In this document: in pieces, positions 25,168-37,340 of the stretch
How positions within the stretch are numbered: the stretch's first letter is position 1
Layout: every line of letters starts with the position of its first letter
NCBI GenBank assembly: GCA_951406725.2
Contig: OX597831.1
Span: 71,424,001 to 71,488,000, forward strand
Reading direction: 5' to 3'
Source: Octopus vulgaris
Taxonomy: Eukaryota
DNA: 64,000 nt
The notes under the pieces: generated by a model
Seen by the model: the letters and a program-made list of their open reading frames with translations, nothing else
The model's database searches: none
What the model was told of the DNA's origin: nothing
Translations under genes and position numbers: made by a program

Positions 25168-27348
25168 GGCGGCGAGCTGGCAGAAACGTTAGCATGCTGG
25201 GCGAAATGCTTAGCGGTATTTCGTCTGCGTTACGTTGTGAGTTCAAATTCCGGCGAGGTCGACTTTGCCTTTCATCCTTTTGGGTTCGATAAATTAAGTA
25301 CCAGTTACGCACTGGGGTCGATGTAATCGACTTAATACCTATGTCTGTCCTTGTTTGTCCCCTCTGTGTTTAGCCCCGTGTGGGTAATAAAGAAAGGTTA
25401 ATATAGGGCGTTACGATTATCAGAAAATCAAAAATAAAATGTGTGTAATAGGTGTAAAACAACTTCCTATGAACGAATATGAAAAAAAAAATTCGCGCAC
25501 GCGAAAGGGGGTGGGGAGAGGCCTCGGAAAATTCACATCGGGAAGTTCCGAAAGCGTCTGAGGAGCTGACCCGGGCACCAAAACAAAAAAAAAATAGTGT
25601 AATATGTGTAAAACAACTTGCTCTAAACGAATATGACAAAAAAAATGCGCTCTCGCGAAAGAGGGGTGGGGGAGAGGCCTCGGAAAATTTATATCGGGAA
25701 TTTCCGAAAGCGTCTGAACCGGGCACAAAAACAAAAACAAAAACAGCGTAATAGGTGTAAAACAACTTGCTCTAAACGACTATCATGAAAAAAATGCGCG
25801 CTCGCGAAAGGGGGTGGGGGAGAGGCTTCGGAAATTTCACATCTTCAGTCCACGGCCTTTAAACTAAGAAAAATAGTGTAATTGGTGTAAAACTACTTGT
25901 TCTAAACGAGTATCAAGAACACACACTCACACATGAATCATAAACTCCGTATTTTTGTACATATTTCGCAAAAAAAAAAAATAAATAAAGAGAAGAAATT
26001 CTGGAAAAAGTGAAAAAATGTTGGATCTCGTTCCTTGGTTAAAGCTATTTTAAACATTAAATTTATGCTTTTCTTTGAAATAGTTCAGATATATGCAATT
26101 CTTCTCACTTATTAAGATGCATTTATCAGAAAAAAGAGACAGAAAAAATTATTATTTTGTGTCAATCCTTCCCTAATTATCCTTTATTAATTAGTTTTGG
26201 CATGTATTTTTTTCCCAAATTTATTTTTTCACCTTTACAACACTGTTTAGTAAAGCAATTAATTATCTTTATAATTTGCATATTTGACTTATTAATCAAA
26301 ATTCTCTAGATGTAATATATACTAAGTAATGCATCCTTCATTTATGTGTTCCGTTCTGTATTATGCATGCGTGACTGTTTGTATGTAAGTGTGTTTAACT
26401 GTGCACATGAATGTGAATATTAAAGACCATATTTATTTACTATGATTGTTATTTTCAGAACAAATAAATCTTTTGGCTGTTATGTTATTGATGTTATTAT
26501 TATTGCTAGTTAAAGGGTGGTGACTTGGCTGAATATTTTGAGTCTTGTAGTATGTAGTTGTATTAGTCAATATTCTGAGTTCAAATCCAACTCATTTCTT
26601 TATCATCATTATCGATGGACCACTCAAAGAGGTATGTATACATTATCATTTTCGTAACATAATTTCTGTAGTATTTCAAGATGTTTCTGACACGTATTTT
26701 GATTCACATGGCGGAGATCCAACATTTCTTCACTTTTTCCAGAATTTCTTCTCTTTATTTTTTTTTTTTTTTTGCGAAATATGATTTTATGATTCATTTG
26801 TGAGTGTGTGTTCTTGATACTCGTTTAGAATAAGTAGTTTTACACCAATTACACTATTTTTTCTTAGTTTAAAGGCCGTAGACTGAAGATGTGAAATTTC
26901 CGAAGCCTCTCCCCCACCCCCTTTCGCGAGCGCGCATTTTTTTCATGATAGTCGTTTAGAGCAAGTTGTTTTACACCTATTACGCTGTTTTTGTTTTTGT
27001 TTTTGTGCCCGGTTCAGACGCTTTCGGAAATTCCCGATATAAATTTTCCGAGGCCTCTCCCCCACCCCTCTTTCGCGAGAGCGCATTTTTTTTGTCATAT
27101 TCGTTTAGAGCAAGTTGTTTTACACATATTACACTATTTTTTTTTTGTTTTGGTGCCCAGGTCAGCTCCTCAGACGCTTTCGGAACTTCCCGATGTGAAT
27201 TTTCCGAGGCTTCTCCCCCACCCCCTTTTCGCGTGCGCGAATTTTTTTTTTCATATTCGTTCATAGGAAGTTGTTTTACACCTATTACACACATTTTTTT
27301 TTTGATTTTCTGATAATCGTAACGCCCTATATTAACCTAAAGAAATAG
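25168..27348 (+). mobile_element. SINE family B split near its 3' end by a long-TIR transposon
   Basis: SINE body 25168-25395 resumes at 27338; flanking duplication ggtatataaagatgag. Confidence 0.8.
25396..27337. mobile_element. Non-autonomous long-TIR DNA transposon (Merlin- or MULE/Foldback-like)
   Basis: TIRs of ~630 bp (25396-26029 / 26714-27337) starting GGTTAATATAGGGCG, built of ~150-bp subrepeats; 8-bp TSD taaagaaa; non-coding AT-rich spacer. Confidence 0.88.
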
Positions 27349-27570
27349 GTATATAAAGATGAGAAATTTAAAAATCTGTTCAAATTTTTAACCTGATAGT
27401 TTGAATTCCATATTTTCTGTACTGCAGTACTATAGTTTTACTATCACCGTAGAGCCTGTCCAAATGTATCTCACCACTGCATCCATCATCTAAGCAGCTG
27501 TAAAATACCTTTACTATCTTAACCTCATTTCCATAATGGCTTATTTAATGCAGTGTGGAATGTTACTATA

Positions 27571-27974
27571 GGCGCAGGAGTGGCTGTGTGGTAAGTAGCT
27601 TGTTAACCAACCACATGGTTCCGGGTTCAGTCCCACTGCGTGGCATCTTGGGCAAGTGTCTTCTGCTATAGCCCCGGGCCGACCAATGCCTTGTGAGTGG
27701 ATTTGGTAGACGGAAACTGAAAGAAGCCTGTCGTATATATGTATATATATATGTATATGTGTGTCTGTGTTTGTCCCCCTAGCATTGCTTGACAACCAAT
27801 GCTGGTGTGTTTACATCCCCGTCACTTAGCGGTTCGGCAAAAAGAGACTAATAGAATAAGTACTGGGCCTACAAAGAATAAGTCCTGGGGTCGATTTGCT
27901 CGACTACAGGTGGTGCTCCAGCATGGCTGCAGTCAAATGACTGAAACAAGTAAAAGAGTAAAAGAGTAAAGAGT
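27571..27974 (+). mobile_element. SINE family A
   Basis: Full copy, tail-to-tail with the next copy. Confidence 0.88.
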
Positions 27975-28337
27975 ATAGTGACAATGTTACTTAAAGGGAA
28001 ATGGTGCTTGAGTAATGTAACGTAAATATTTTAACAGCCACAAATAGTCATATATTTCTTGTTATGTAATCAACATTTAACAAGGATGGAGGAGAAAAAC
28101 CCCCTAATAATTGTGGGATGGTGTTGTCCTTCAGGATATATGTTGGCCAAAATGATTCAATAAAGAAGAATAAAATAACTGATAGCAGGAAAGGATTGTG
28201 GCTGCCTTACAATGTTCACAAGCAATGTTAAACCTCATTCCAATGTAATGACCATGTAGTTTTTACACTCTGTGCTATGCAATAATAATTGCCACAGCTT
28301 CAGAATAAACATTTAAACAAACTGATCATATGTTTGT

Positions 28338-28744
28338 TACTCTTTATTCTCTCTCTCTCTTTTACTTGTTTCAGTCATTTGACTGGGGCCATGCTGGAGC
28401 ACCACCTTTAATCAAGCAACTCGACCCCGGGACTTATTCTTTGCAAGCCCAGTACTTATTCTATCGGTCTCTTTTGCCGAACCGCTAAGTGACGGGGACA
28501 TAAACACACCAGCATCGGTTGTCAAGCAATACTAAGGGGGACAAACACAGACACACACGCACATATATATATACATATATACGACGGGCTTCTTTCAGTT
28601 TCTGTCTACCAAATCCACTCACAAGGCTTTGGTCAGCCCGAGGCTATAGTAGAAGACACTTGCCCAAGGTGTCACGCAGTGGGACTGAACCCGGAACCAT
28701 GTGGTTGGTAAGCAAGCTACTTACCACACAGCCACTCCTGCGCC
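28338..28744 (-). mobile_element. SINE family A
   Basis: Full reverse copy. Confidence 0.88.
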
Positions 28745-29394
28745 CAATGGTTAATAGCTTAAATTATTTCATATATTGTCTGTTCATATTGTAATATTAC
28801 AATATGGACAGAACAAACAGACTAGAGAAAAATATTCCACAAGACATTACAATTCAGGCATTCTTGAAGACATGAAGTTGACACAGATGTTCTTTATCTC
28901 ATATCCATGAATAGAAAGCATTTTGAAGTGCTAGCATAAAATTACGAGGAAAAATCTTCGGTCATTCCTGTTCTTTATGAGTTTTGTGACTGTCAGAAAC
29001 ACCACCTCCATTTTAATATTTTTGATTTTATAGAACAAATAAACTTTTTTTTTTTATATCAAATTTCTAATGTATGTAGTTAATTGTTTTAAGATTTCTC
29101 TAAAATGTATCCTGTTTTAGTTTTTTTATTGTGTGTGATTCAGATGATATTTTCAACAAAATATGATACAATTCAAAATATGTTCATGATGTGATTGTTC
29201 TTTACAGTTAAACATGTCATGTTTAAGCAGTGGCTTACATTTGGAAATTGAGAAAATTAAACTTTGAAGGATGTTGTTAATATATAGTGATTAGAAAATG
29301 GATCTGACGTAAACAGATATCATGTATACACACAGATGTCTACATTTATGTCTGTATGTGTAAGTGTACGTATGTGTGTGTATGTGTGCGTGTA

Positions 29395-29444
<50 letters not shown>

Positions 29445-29445
<1 letters not shown>

Positions 29446-29587
29446 TTTATTTAAAAGCAGCAGAAAATTCAACAAAACCTGTTACTCAGAGTAACAGTAT
29501 TTGTTGAATTTTCTGCTGCTTTTAAATAAAGCATATTACTCTACCACTGGTATTTGAGTACTCTTTTTTCCATCTTGTTTACTCCGG
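29445..29587. mobile_element. Short fold-back copy of the 34525-34764 Penelope-like element, centred on hammerhead stem III
   Basis: Arms 29445-29487 / 29489-29531 around A29488; same tail ending actccgg; inside (TA)n. Confidence 0.8.
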
Positions 29588-29627
<40 letters not shown>

Positions 29628-30039
29628 TACATGCATACACATACACACACACTTTATAAGATAATTATGCTCTACAGCTATCATTTAAATTGCTACATAA
29701 TCAACACACATAATTTATTGATTATGTATGTATTTTCTTGCTGTTTTTTGAGGAATATGGATTTACTAGGAGGAGAGGATTCCCAGTCCCCTCGCTCCTG
29801 GCCCTTCTAGTGGCCTCTTACACCATGCAGGGAATACACCAACTGCATTCTACTGATCACCCCCTCCCCTCCCCACCAGTCACAGTGGGGTTTGACAGTT
29901 AACCTGTAACTGGAACCCTTACAGATGCTACCACTCCAGGCCAGAGTGGACCTGGGAGCAATAGTAGCTAAGATGTGGTTTCACACTCCTCAGACCCTGA
30001 AACCAGGGCCCCAGGTTCCAACTAACAGATGTAGTTTAT

Positions 30040-30260
30040 CCCTTTAGCATTTAAACTGGTCGTATCCGGCCAAAAGGATTCTGCCTGTTTTATGTTCAAA
30101 CTGGCCATATCTGGTCTCTCACACCAACCCTACAATATTGTTTTAAAAATTAGCAGTTTCCTCATCAAAATCTCATAGCTACAAGATAATGCATGATTAG
30201 TTCAAAACAATGTGGATAAAAAAGCATTAATTTTGGCAGAATAATGTGAACACTAAAGGG
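30040..30260. mobile_element. piggyBac-like MITE
   Basis: Termini CCCTTTAG...CTAAAGGG followed by TTAA; related copies near 44200-44430, 49990-50205 and 54428-54895. Confidence 0.65.
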
Positions 30261-30647
30261 TTAAAGTCATACCTGAGACAGGTGGTTAGAGGTGTTGGAG
30301 TGAGAGAGGCAAGAGTGTTTCTAAATGATAGGAAACTTGGAGAGTGTTTATGGACGGATGAGTGAATTTGATGTTGTTCAAGGGTTACAGAACCAGCATG
30401 ATGCGGTGGGAGTAAATCAGCATATGCTGTTGGGCCCCACTACTGATATTCTATGCCTTGACCTGAACATAGAATGGAGCTTGCCTCTTTGAGCTGGGAA
30501 ATGAATGGAATGCCTGGTGTGTGTCTTGTTGTGGCTACCCACTTCTAAAAAATGGGGAATAGGCCTGGGTATATAAAAAAAATATGTAATTTATTTATGT
30601 TACTCACTTCCTTACGAGGAAACAAATCAAAAGTGGGGAAAATTAAC

Positions 30648-31048
30648 AGGAGTGGCTGTGTAGTAAGTAGCTTGCTAACCAACCACATGGTTCCGGGTTC
30701 AGTCCCACTGCGTGGCATCTTGGGCAAGTGTCTTCTGCTATAGCCCCGGGCCGACCAAAGCCTTGTGAGTGGATTTGGTAGACAGAAACTGAAAGAAGCC
30801 TGTCGTATATATGTATATATATATATATATATGTGTGTGTACATGTTTGTGTATCTGTGTTTGTCCCCCTAGCATTGCTTGACAACCGATGCTGGTGTGT
30901 TTATGTCCCCATCACTTAGCGGTTTGGCAAAAGAGACCGATAGAATAAGTACTGGGCTTACAAAGAATAAGTCCCAGGGTCGATTTGCTCGTATAAAGGC
31001 GGTGCTCCAGCATGGCCGCAGTCAAATGACTGAATCGAGTAAAAGAGT
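30648..31048 (+). mobile_element. SINE family A
   Basis: Near full-length copy. Confidence 0.88.
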
Positions 31049-31484
31049 ATATTTGCCAATTTTGTGTCTACATGCAAATTTCTTCTTCCTTGTAATAATG
31101 TATTGGAGTTTAATGATGTGTTATGTGTTGAGCTCTTAAATACTGTGAATATAATTTATGGCGTTTTTACATCAATTCACTATACAGGTAAACAGCAGGC
31201 AGAGAGTTATACATACAGGTGTATAGATACAAATAGTTTTCTGGGGAATCTTCTAAACATTTGAAAGAATATATTTCACATGTTCTTTCACAGTTAACTA
31301 CTCTCGTGTTTTCGGCAGGTATCTGTATTTCTCTCCTGCATACCAAGTATGGCCACTTTTGCAATGGCAGTAGGGTCCCATCTTCTGTCCTGCTCACTAA
31401 AACTTTAGTCTTTACTAGATTTATATGTAATCTCTTCTGTCTTTCACTTCAATGTTTAGAATTTTCTTTCTAAATCTTTTACCT

Positions 31485-31810
31485 TAGTTAGTTAGTTAGT
31501 TAATTTTTTGGCTCAAAAAGCAAAAAGCAAGGCCATGTAGGGGGACATGGAGTTATGTACAGGGTGGTGTTTATGTAAAGAGTTCAGGCCACTTGAGGTC
31601 AAGGGAGACTTTGAACCGAGCGGTCGTCGGCATCTTCACCATCTCGTCCGACAGCTTATTCCACGGATGCGCAACCCGGATGGAGAAAGCCCCTCTCCTT
31701 CGATTGAGATGAAATCGTCGCAGATAGAGCTTTTCGGAATGACCCCGCAGCCGACGCTCTGGAGCAGGAGTGAAGAACAGCTCTTTTGAGAGGTTACACT
31801 TTCCGCTTAT
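31485..31810 (-). mobile_element. CR1-type LINE 3' end
   Basis: Reverse complement of 22097-22410 with a (TTAG)n tail. Confidence 0.75.
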
Positions 31811-32264
31811 GATGTTCTGCTATGAGATCTAGATCACTGACTTACCTGGACAACCGATCTTAAAATATTCTGCTGAGAAAATACAATAAAGAGAAGTCAG
31901 TTAAGAACTGAAACCATTTGGATGCCAACCTCCAGGCTAGATTTGTCTGGGAATCGAAACCGCGATCCTACGACCGCGAGTCGTAACCACTGGGCCATTG
32001 CGCCTCCACTAGCACATCTGTATATGGCTTGTCAAATGTCAACTATTTATCTCTAGTTTTCTTAGTGAGTGGCATTTTGTCAAAGACTTTCTTCAGGTGG
32101 ATTAGGTACAGTGGTTTACAAAGTTGTTTCGCTAGGAAGAATTCTTTGGTGGTACACCATGGCATAGACATAAACTCTAACTGCATGGCAAATAGCTTTG
32201 ATAACTTTTGTTACTTGAGTGACCTAGTTAGCATTAGAGATGGTTGTTCTCAAAATATGATATC

Positions 32265-32485
32265 TCTCTTTTACTCTCTTTTACTTGTTTCAGTCATTTG
32301 ACTGCGGCCATGCTGGAGCACCGCCTTTAGTCGAGCAACTCAACCCCGGGACTTATTATTTGTAAGCCCAGTACTTATTCTATCGGTCTCTTTTGCCGAA
32401 CCACTAAGTTACGGGGACGTAAACACACCAGCACCGGTTGTCAAGCAATGCTAGGGGGACAAACACAGACACACAAACACACACA

Positions 32486-32525
<40 letters not shown>

Positions 32526-32700
32526 TACACATATATACGACGGGCTTCTTTCAGTTTCCGTCTACCAAATCCACTCACAAGGCATTGGTCGGCCCGGGGC
32601 TATAGCAGAAGACACTTGCCCAAGATGCCATGCAGTGGGACTGAACCCGGAACCATGTGGCTGGTTAGCAAGCTACTTACCACACAGCCACTCCTGCGCC
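32265..32700 (-). mobile_element. SINE family A
   Basis: Full reverse copy. Confidence 0.88.
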
Positions 32701-33259
32701 TATACTGAGTATTCCAGATAGATATAGAGTTTTGTATTCTTTTATGCTGAGTAAATCTTGCGTCGTTGTTAGAGTCAGGTTGAGGTTTCTTGGTTCTAGA
32801 CTTTCTGGCCACATTTGAGATATCTTCTCTAAATCATTGTTAGACTCATCTTTGAAAATTAGTTCCTCGGTGTTCAGAGGTTCCTGCAGTCAGCCAATCT
32901 TAGAAACCTAATTTAGCCTGGAGAAGCTATAACAAATAAGAAGAGGCTAAAAATTGAAGCCTGATGGATATCTATTTGCATCTAAACCCCATACTGATCT
33001 CATTGCTGACACCCCACTCACTTTGCTGACATGACTCAGAAACCTACCTCTAGTTTTCTAAGCAGTCATCAGATTACAAAGCATGGAACACAGTCAACAA
33101 TTACAGATGAACCACTCAACCATGCAAAGCATGTTCAAACTTTTGCACAAACATTTGCACACTTACACACACCACTCTTTCGATATCGGTTCATAGGACA
33201 GCACTCCTAAGGGCTAAAAACGTTTTTCCTTTTCTCCACTTCTGTTTTCTTTCTTCTTC

Positions 33260-33291
<32 letters not shown>

Positions 33292-33479
33292 ATTTTTCTT
33301 TCCTATCTCCTTTCACACAGGACATCAAAGACATTTTTTCCCTATCATTCAAACATTAAACTAACACCTTATATAGATACACACACACATATTTTCAAAG
33401 TTTTTGTAGTATTAGTAGAAAGCGCTACCTCTCCACTCTTCTCTTTCTCCCCCTCTCTCTCCCTCATGCATATATATAA

Positions 33480-33521
<42 letters not shown>

Positions 33522-33525
<4 letters not shown>

Positions 33526-34075
33526 ATCAAAATAAAAACATGATGCGAAGGATTCAGCGGTACATATGTTTCGGGCCTTTATTAGACAGATTTATAACAA
33601 TGCATAATGTATGTCTGTGGCCTTCTTCAGCGCACAACAGCTTCCACAAGGACATGTGTTACATTAAAATTCTGGTTGGGGATGCAAATCCTCTCATTCG
33701 TGTACGACATAATGCGGCAACAGCATAGAATTGAAGCGTCCATCTCTTTCTTTTCTCAATTGAGAGAAGAAAGAGATGGACGCTTCAATTCTATGCTGCT
33801 GCCGCATTATGTCGTACTTGAATGGGAGGATTTGCATCCCCAACCAAGAATTTTTGATGTAACACATGTCCTTGTGGAAGCTGTTGTGCGCGGCTGAAGA
33901 AGGCCACAGACATACATTATGCATTGTTATAAATCTGTCTAATAAAGGCTCGAAACATATGTACCGCTGAATCCTTCGCATCATGTTTTTATTTTGATCA
34001 ATTTACTCCACCACCTACACCACCAAACGGTATACACAGGTGCTTATAATTATCAAGTACTCACCCTGAATTTCT
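33522..34075. mobile_element. Spacer-less ~480-bp palindrome plus tail; non-autonomous Penelope-like element with a hammerhead in each arm
   Basis: Arms 33522-33759 / 33760-34002, unique tail to ~34075, (TA)n on both sides. Confidence 0.82.
33890..33967 (+). ncRNA. Type I hammerhead ribozyme (CUGAAGA core, palindromic stem III)
   Basis: gcgg-CTGAAGA-aggcc...ggctc-GAAA-CATATG-TA^ccgc; predicted cleavage after 33963; mirror copy on the - strand at 33557-33633. Confidence 0.75.
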
Positions 34076-34347
34076 ATATATATATATAAATATATATATA
34101 TTTGTAAGCATATATATACATGTTAAATATATATATACATTTTTTTTATTTACATATATTTTACACACACACATATACATATATGTTTTATGTATATATA
34201 TATACATACAGAGATGTACTTGCATAGCAAGTAATTTGATCTGAGATCGTGTGCTGAAACGAAAACAATTGCAGCGTGGAAGGTGTTTATAAGCCATTTA
34301 AGAAACACACAAAAGCCGTTCGATTCACTTCAACATTTAAGTTTAAA

Positions 34348-34395
34348 TTGTCAAAATATTTTCGTCGCTAAAATCCGCGACCTGTTCACTGACAA
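34348..34395 (-). ncRNA. Type I hammerhead variant with a G3-C8 swap (GUGAACA core)
   Basis: ttgtca-GTGAACA-g-gtcgc-ggatttta-gcgac-GAAA-ATAT-TT^tgacaa; perfect 6-bp stem I, 5-bp stem II, palindromic AATATT stem III. Confidence 0.7.
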
Positions 34396-34487
34396 AGTCC
34401 GTGCTGCATATATACATACATATATTTTATGTATATATGTGCATATACATATATACACACATACACATATATATGTATACATACATG

Positions 34488-34524
<37 letters not shown>

Positions 34525-34525
<1 letters not shown>

Positions 34526-34762
34526 TTTATTTAAAGCAACAGAAAATTCAACAAAACCTGTTATTCTGAGTTTCACGTTGCCGTTCATCGGACAGTTTTT
34601 GCTAGTTCCATTCTAGCAAAAACTGTCCGATGAACGGGAACGTGAAACTCAGAGTAACAGGTTTTGTTGAATTTTCTGCTGCTTTAAATAAAGCATATTA
34701 CTCTACCACTGGTATTTGAGTACTCTTTTTTCCACCTTGTTTCACATTTATGTGTTTACTCC

Positions 34763-34764
<2 letters not shown>
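34525..34764. mobile_element. Fold-back non-autonomous Penelope-like element with hammerhead
   Basis: Arms 34525-34605 / 34613-34693, 7-nt spacer, tail to 34764, inside (TA)n. Confidence 0.82.
34623..34660 (+). ncRNA. Minimal type I hammerhead variant (CCGAUGA core, U4C)
   Basis: ctgt-CCGATGA-acg-ggaa-cgt-GAAA-ctc-a-gag-TA^acag. The mirror copy at 34558-34595 has loop II GCAA; both loops are GNRA. Confidence 0.75.
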
Positions 34765-34824
<60 letters not shown>

Positions 34825-34973
34825 TCATATAATTTAGAGAAAAACCTCTATTAAGCAATTCAATAATGAAAGATGTTATTCACACCATATAGAAAACATA
34901 TACTATAAAAACCTTAATCTAAAAATCAATAAAGTACAATGAATAGTAAATAGTAGTAAAAATACTACACGTG

Positions 34974-35017
<44 letters not shown>

Positions 35018-35642
35018 GAATGTATGTATATAGATATATGTATTGAAAGGGCTTGTAATATTACTAGTTGCCATAACCAGATGAGGACTCAAGATGCATA
35101 AACAAGTCTAAGACAAAAGGGTTATATAATGCTATTGTTTCATGATAAACTGCAGTATGTTTTGATCTAGGAATCACATCTATCAAATGGATTGAGCAAG
35201 AGAATATATATTCATGGAATGCATCTATGGAAAAATTTTGAGGAGAAAAATCCGATGCAAAAAAAACAAGGATGTAAGAGTTGAAGAATTCATTAACAGA
35301 GTTTCTGTTTCTAGGCTTCAGTTCAGATGTAATTTGTTTGCAAATACCTATGTGCATGTTTATAGGAAGAAGGTAGCGATAGCAGCAAAGAGAGAAAGAG
35401 AGAGAGAGAGAGGGGGGAGTAGTGGTGATTGAGAAGTAGAAAAGGACACGAGACAACTGAAAAAAATGTATTAAAGGTAGAGAGAGAGGGAGGTGGGGGG
35501 AATTTCAGGAAGAGGAGAAGAAAGTTTCTTCTGTAAAGATTTTCATTCCATAGATTTTCGTTCAGGCAGATTTTATTTGAAAGAAATGCATGATAAGATG
35601 AAAAGGTATTGAGAAGTAAAGAGAAAGAGAGAGAGAGCCTGT

Positions 35643-35734
<92 letters not shown>

Positions 35735-35960
35735 TATTCATTTATTTTATGAGAATAAGATGTATAATGAAAGAAAAAAGCAAAGAAATCAATGAGTGAC
35801 AAAAATGAATGAGATTAAGTACATCGTATGGAAAAGTTAATACATGTGAAGCTCAAGGTGGGAATAAGTCAGATTAGGAAAAAGTCATTGACTTAATGAA
35901 TATATTGTAAAAATATATTGTATTGTAAAAAATGTAGTATAAATGTATGCAACAAAAATA

Positions 35961-36006
<46 letters not shown>

Positions 36007-36231
36007 GAAATATTAAAATAACTAAGTCTCTCTAAAAGAGAACAGCGGCAGCGTTCCCGGAAAATAATAGTTATCGCCATACTAATATGGCATTCTTATA
36101 AAAATAAGAAAAAAGCTGTCCGCTTATTAGCTCCATGAGGCCATCGCCTTAAGTTAGCTATTTGATACACAAACTGTATCCATATAACCTTCGAACAAGG
36201 GAGGTCAGTCGCTCCACACTATTGACCGGCA

Positions 36232-36273
36232 GCTACAGACGCGTTTCAGGGTATTGCCCCTTTTCAATGCAGC
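36232..36273 (-). ncRNA. Type I hammerhead, U3-A8 variant (unit 1)
   Basis: gctgca-TTGAAAA-gggg-caata-ccct-GAAA-CGCG-TC^tgtagc on the minus strand. Confidence 0.78.
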
Positions 36274-36593
36274 GTAGCCAGCCAGTAGGTGTCGCTTCCG
36301 ACAATCTCTGTTCGATGGTTTTATTTACCTAGTTTCGGTGGAATACATCCACTTGTTTTCAATAATAGAAATATTAAAATAACTAAGTCTCTCTAAAAGA
36401 GAACAGCGGCAGCGTTCCCGGAAAATAATAGTTATCGCCATACTAATATGGCATTCTTATAAAAATAAGAAAAAAGCTGTCCGCTTATTAGCTCCATGAG
36501 GCCATCGCCTTAAGTTAGCTATTTGATACACAAACTGTATCCATATAACCTTCGAACAAGGGAGGTCAGTCGCTCCACACTACTTGACCGGCA

Positions 36594-36635
36594 GCTACAG
36601 ACGCGTTTCAGGGTATTGCCCCTTTTCAATGCAGC
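36594..36635 (-). ncRNA. Type I hammerhead, U3-A8 variant (unit 2)
   Basis: Identical to unit 1. Confidence 0.78.
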
Positions 36636-36955
36636 GTAGCCAGCCAGTAGGTGTCGCTTCCGACAATCTCTGTTCGATGGTTTTATTTACCTAGTTTCGG
36701 TGGAATACATCCACTTGTTTTCAATAATAGAAATATTAAAATAACTAAGTCTCTCTAAAAGAGAACAGCGGCAGCGTTCCCGGAAAATAATAGTTATCGC
36801 CATACTAATATGGCATTCTTATAAAAATAAGAAAAAAGCTGTCCGCTTATTAGCTCCATGAGGCCATCGCCTTAAGTTAGCTATTTGATACACAAACTGT
36901 ATCCATATAACCTTCGAACAAGGGAGGTCAGTCGCTCCACACTACTTGACCGGCA

Positions 36956-36997
36956 GCTACAGACGCGTTTCAGGGTATTGCCCCTTTTCAATGCAGC
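36956..36997 (-). ncRNA. Type I hammerhead, U3-A8 variant (unit 3)
   Basis: Identical to unit 1. Confidence 0.78.
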
Positions 36998-37340
36998 GTA
37001 GCCAGCCAGTAGGTGTCGCTTCCGACAATCTCTGTTCGATGGTTTTATTTACCTAGTTTCGGTGGAATACATCCACTTGTTTTCAATAATAGAAATATTA
37101 AAATAACTAAGTCTCTCTAAAAGAGAACAGCGGCAGCGTTCCGGAAAATAATAGTTATCGCCATACTAATATGGCATTCTTATAAAAATAAGAAAAATAA
37201 GCTGTCCGCTTATTAGCTCCATGAGACTTAGTTATTTTAATATTTCTATTATTGAAAACAAGTGGATGTATTCCACCGAAACTAGGTAAATAAAACCATC
37301 GAACAGAGATTGTCGGAAGCGACACCTACTGGCTGGCTAC

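Noticed and set aside
25370-27313. Mirror-image ORF pairs (131/115 aa, 90/104 aa)
   Set aside because: By-products of the inverted repeats; low complexity and no transposase motifs.
36001-37225. CRISPR array or tandem protein-coding repeat
   Set aside because: The units are 361-362 bp and identical with no unique spacers, there is no ORF of 60 aa or more within the unit, and the context is eukaryotic.
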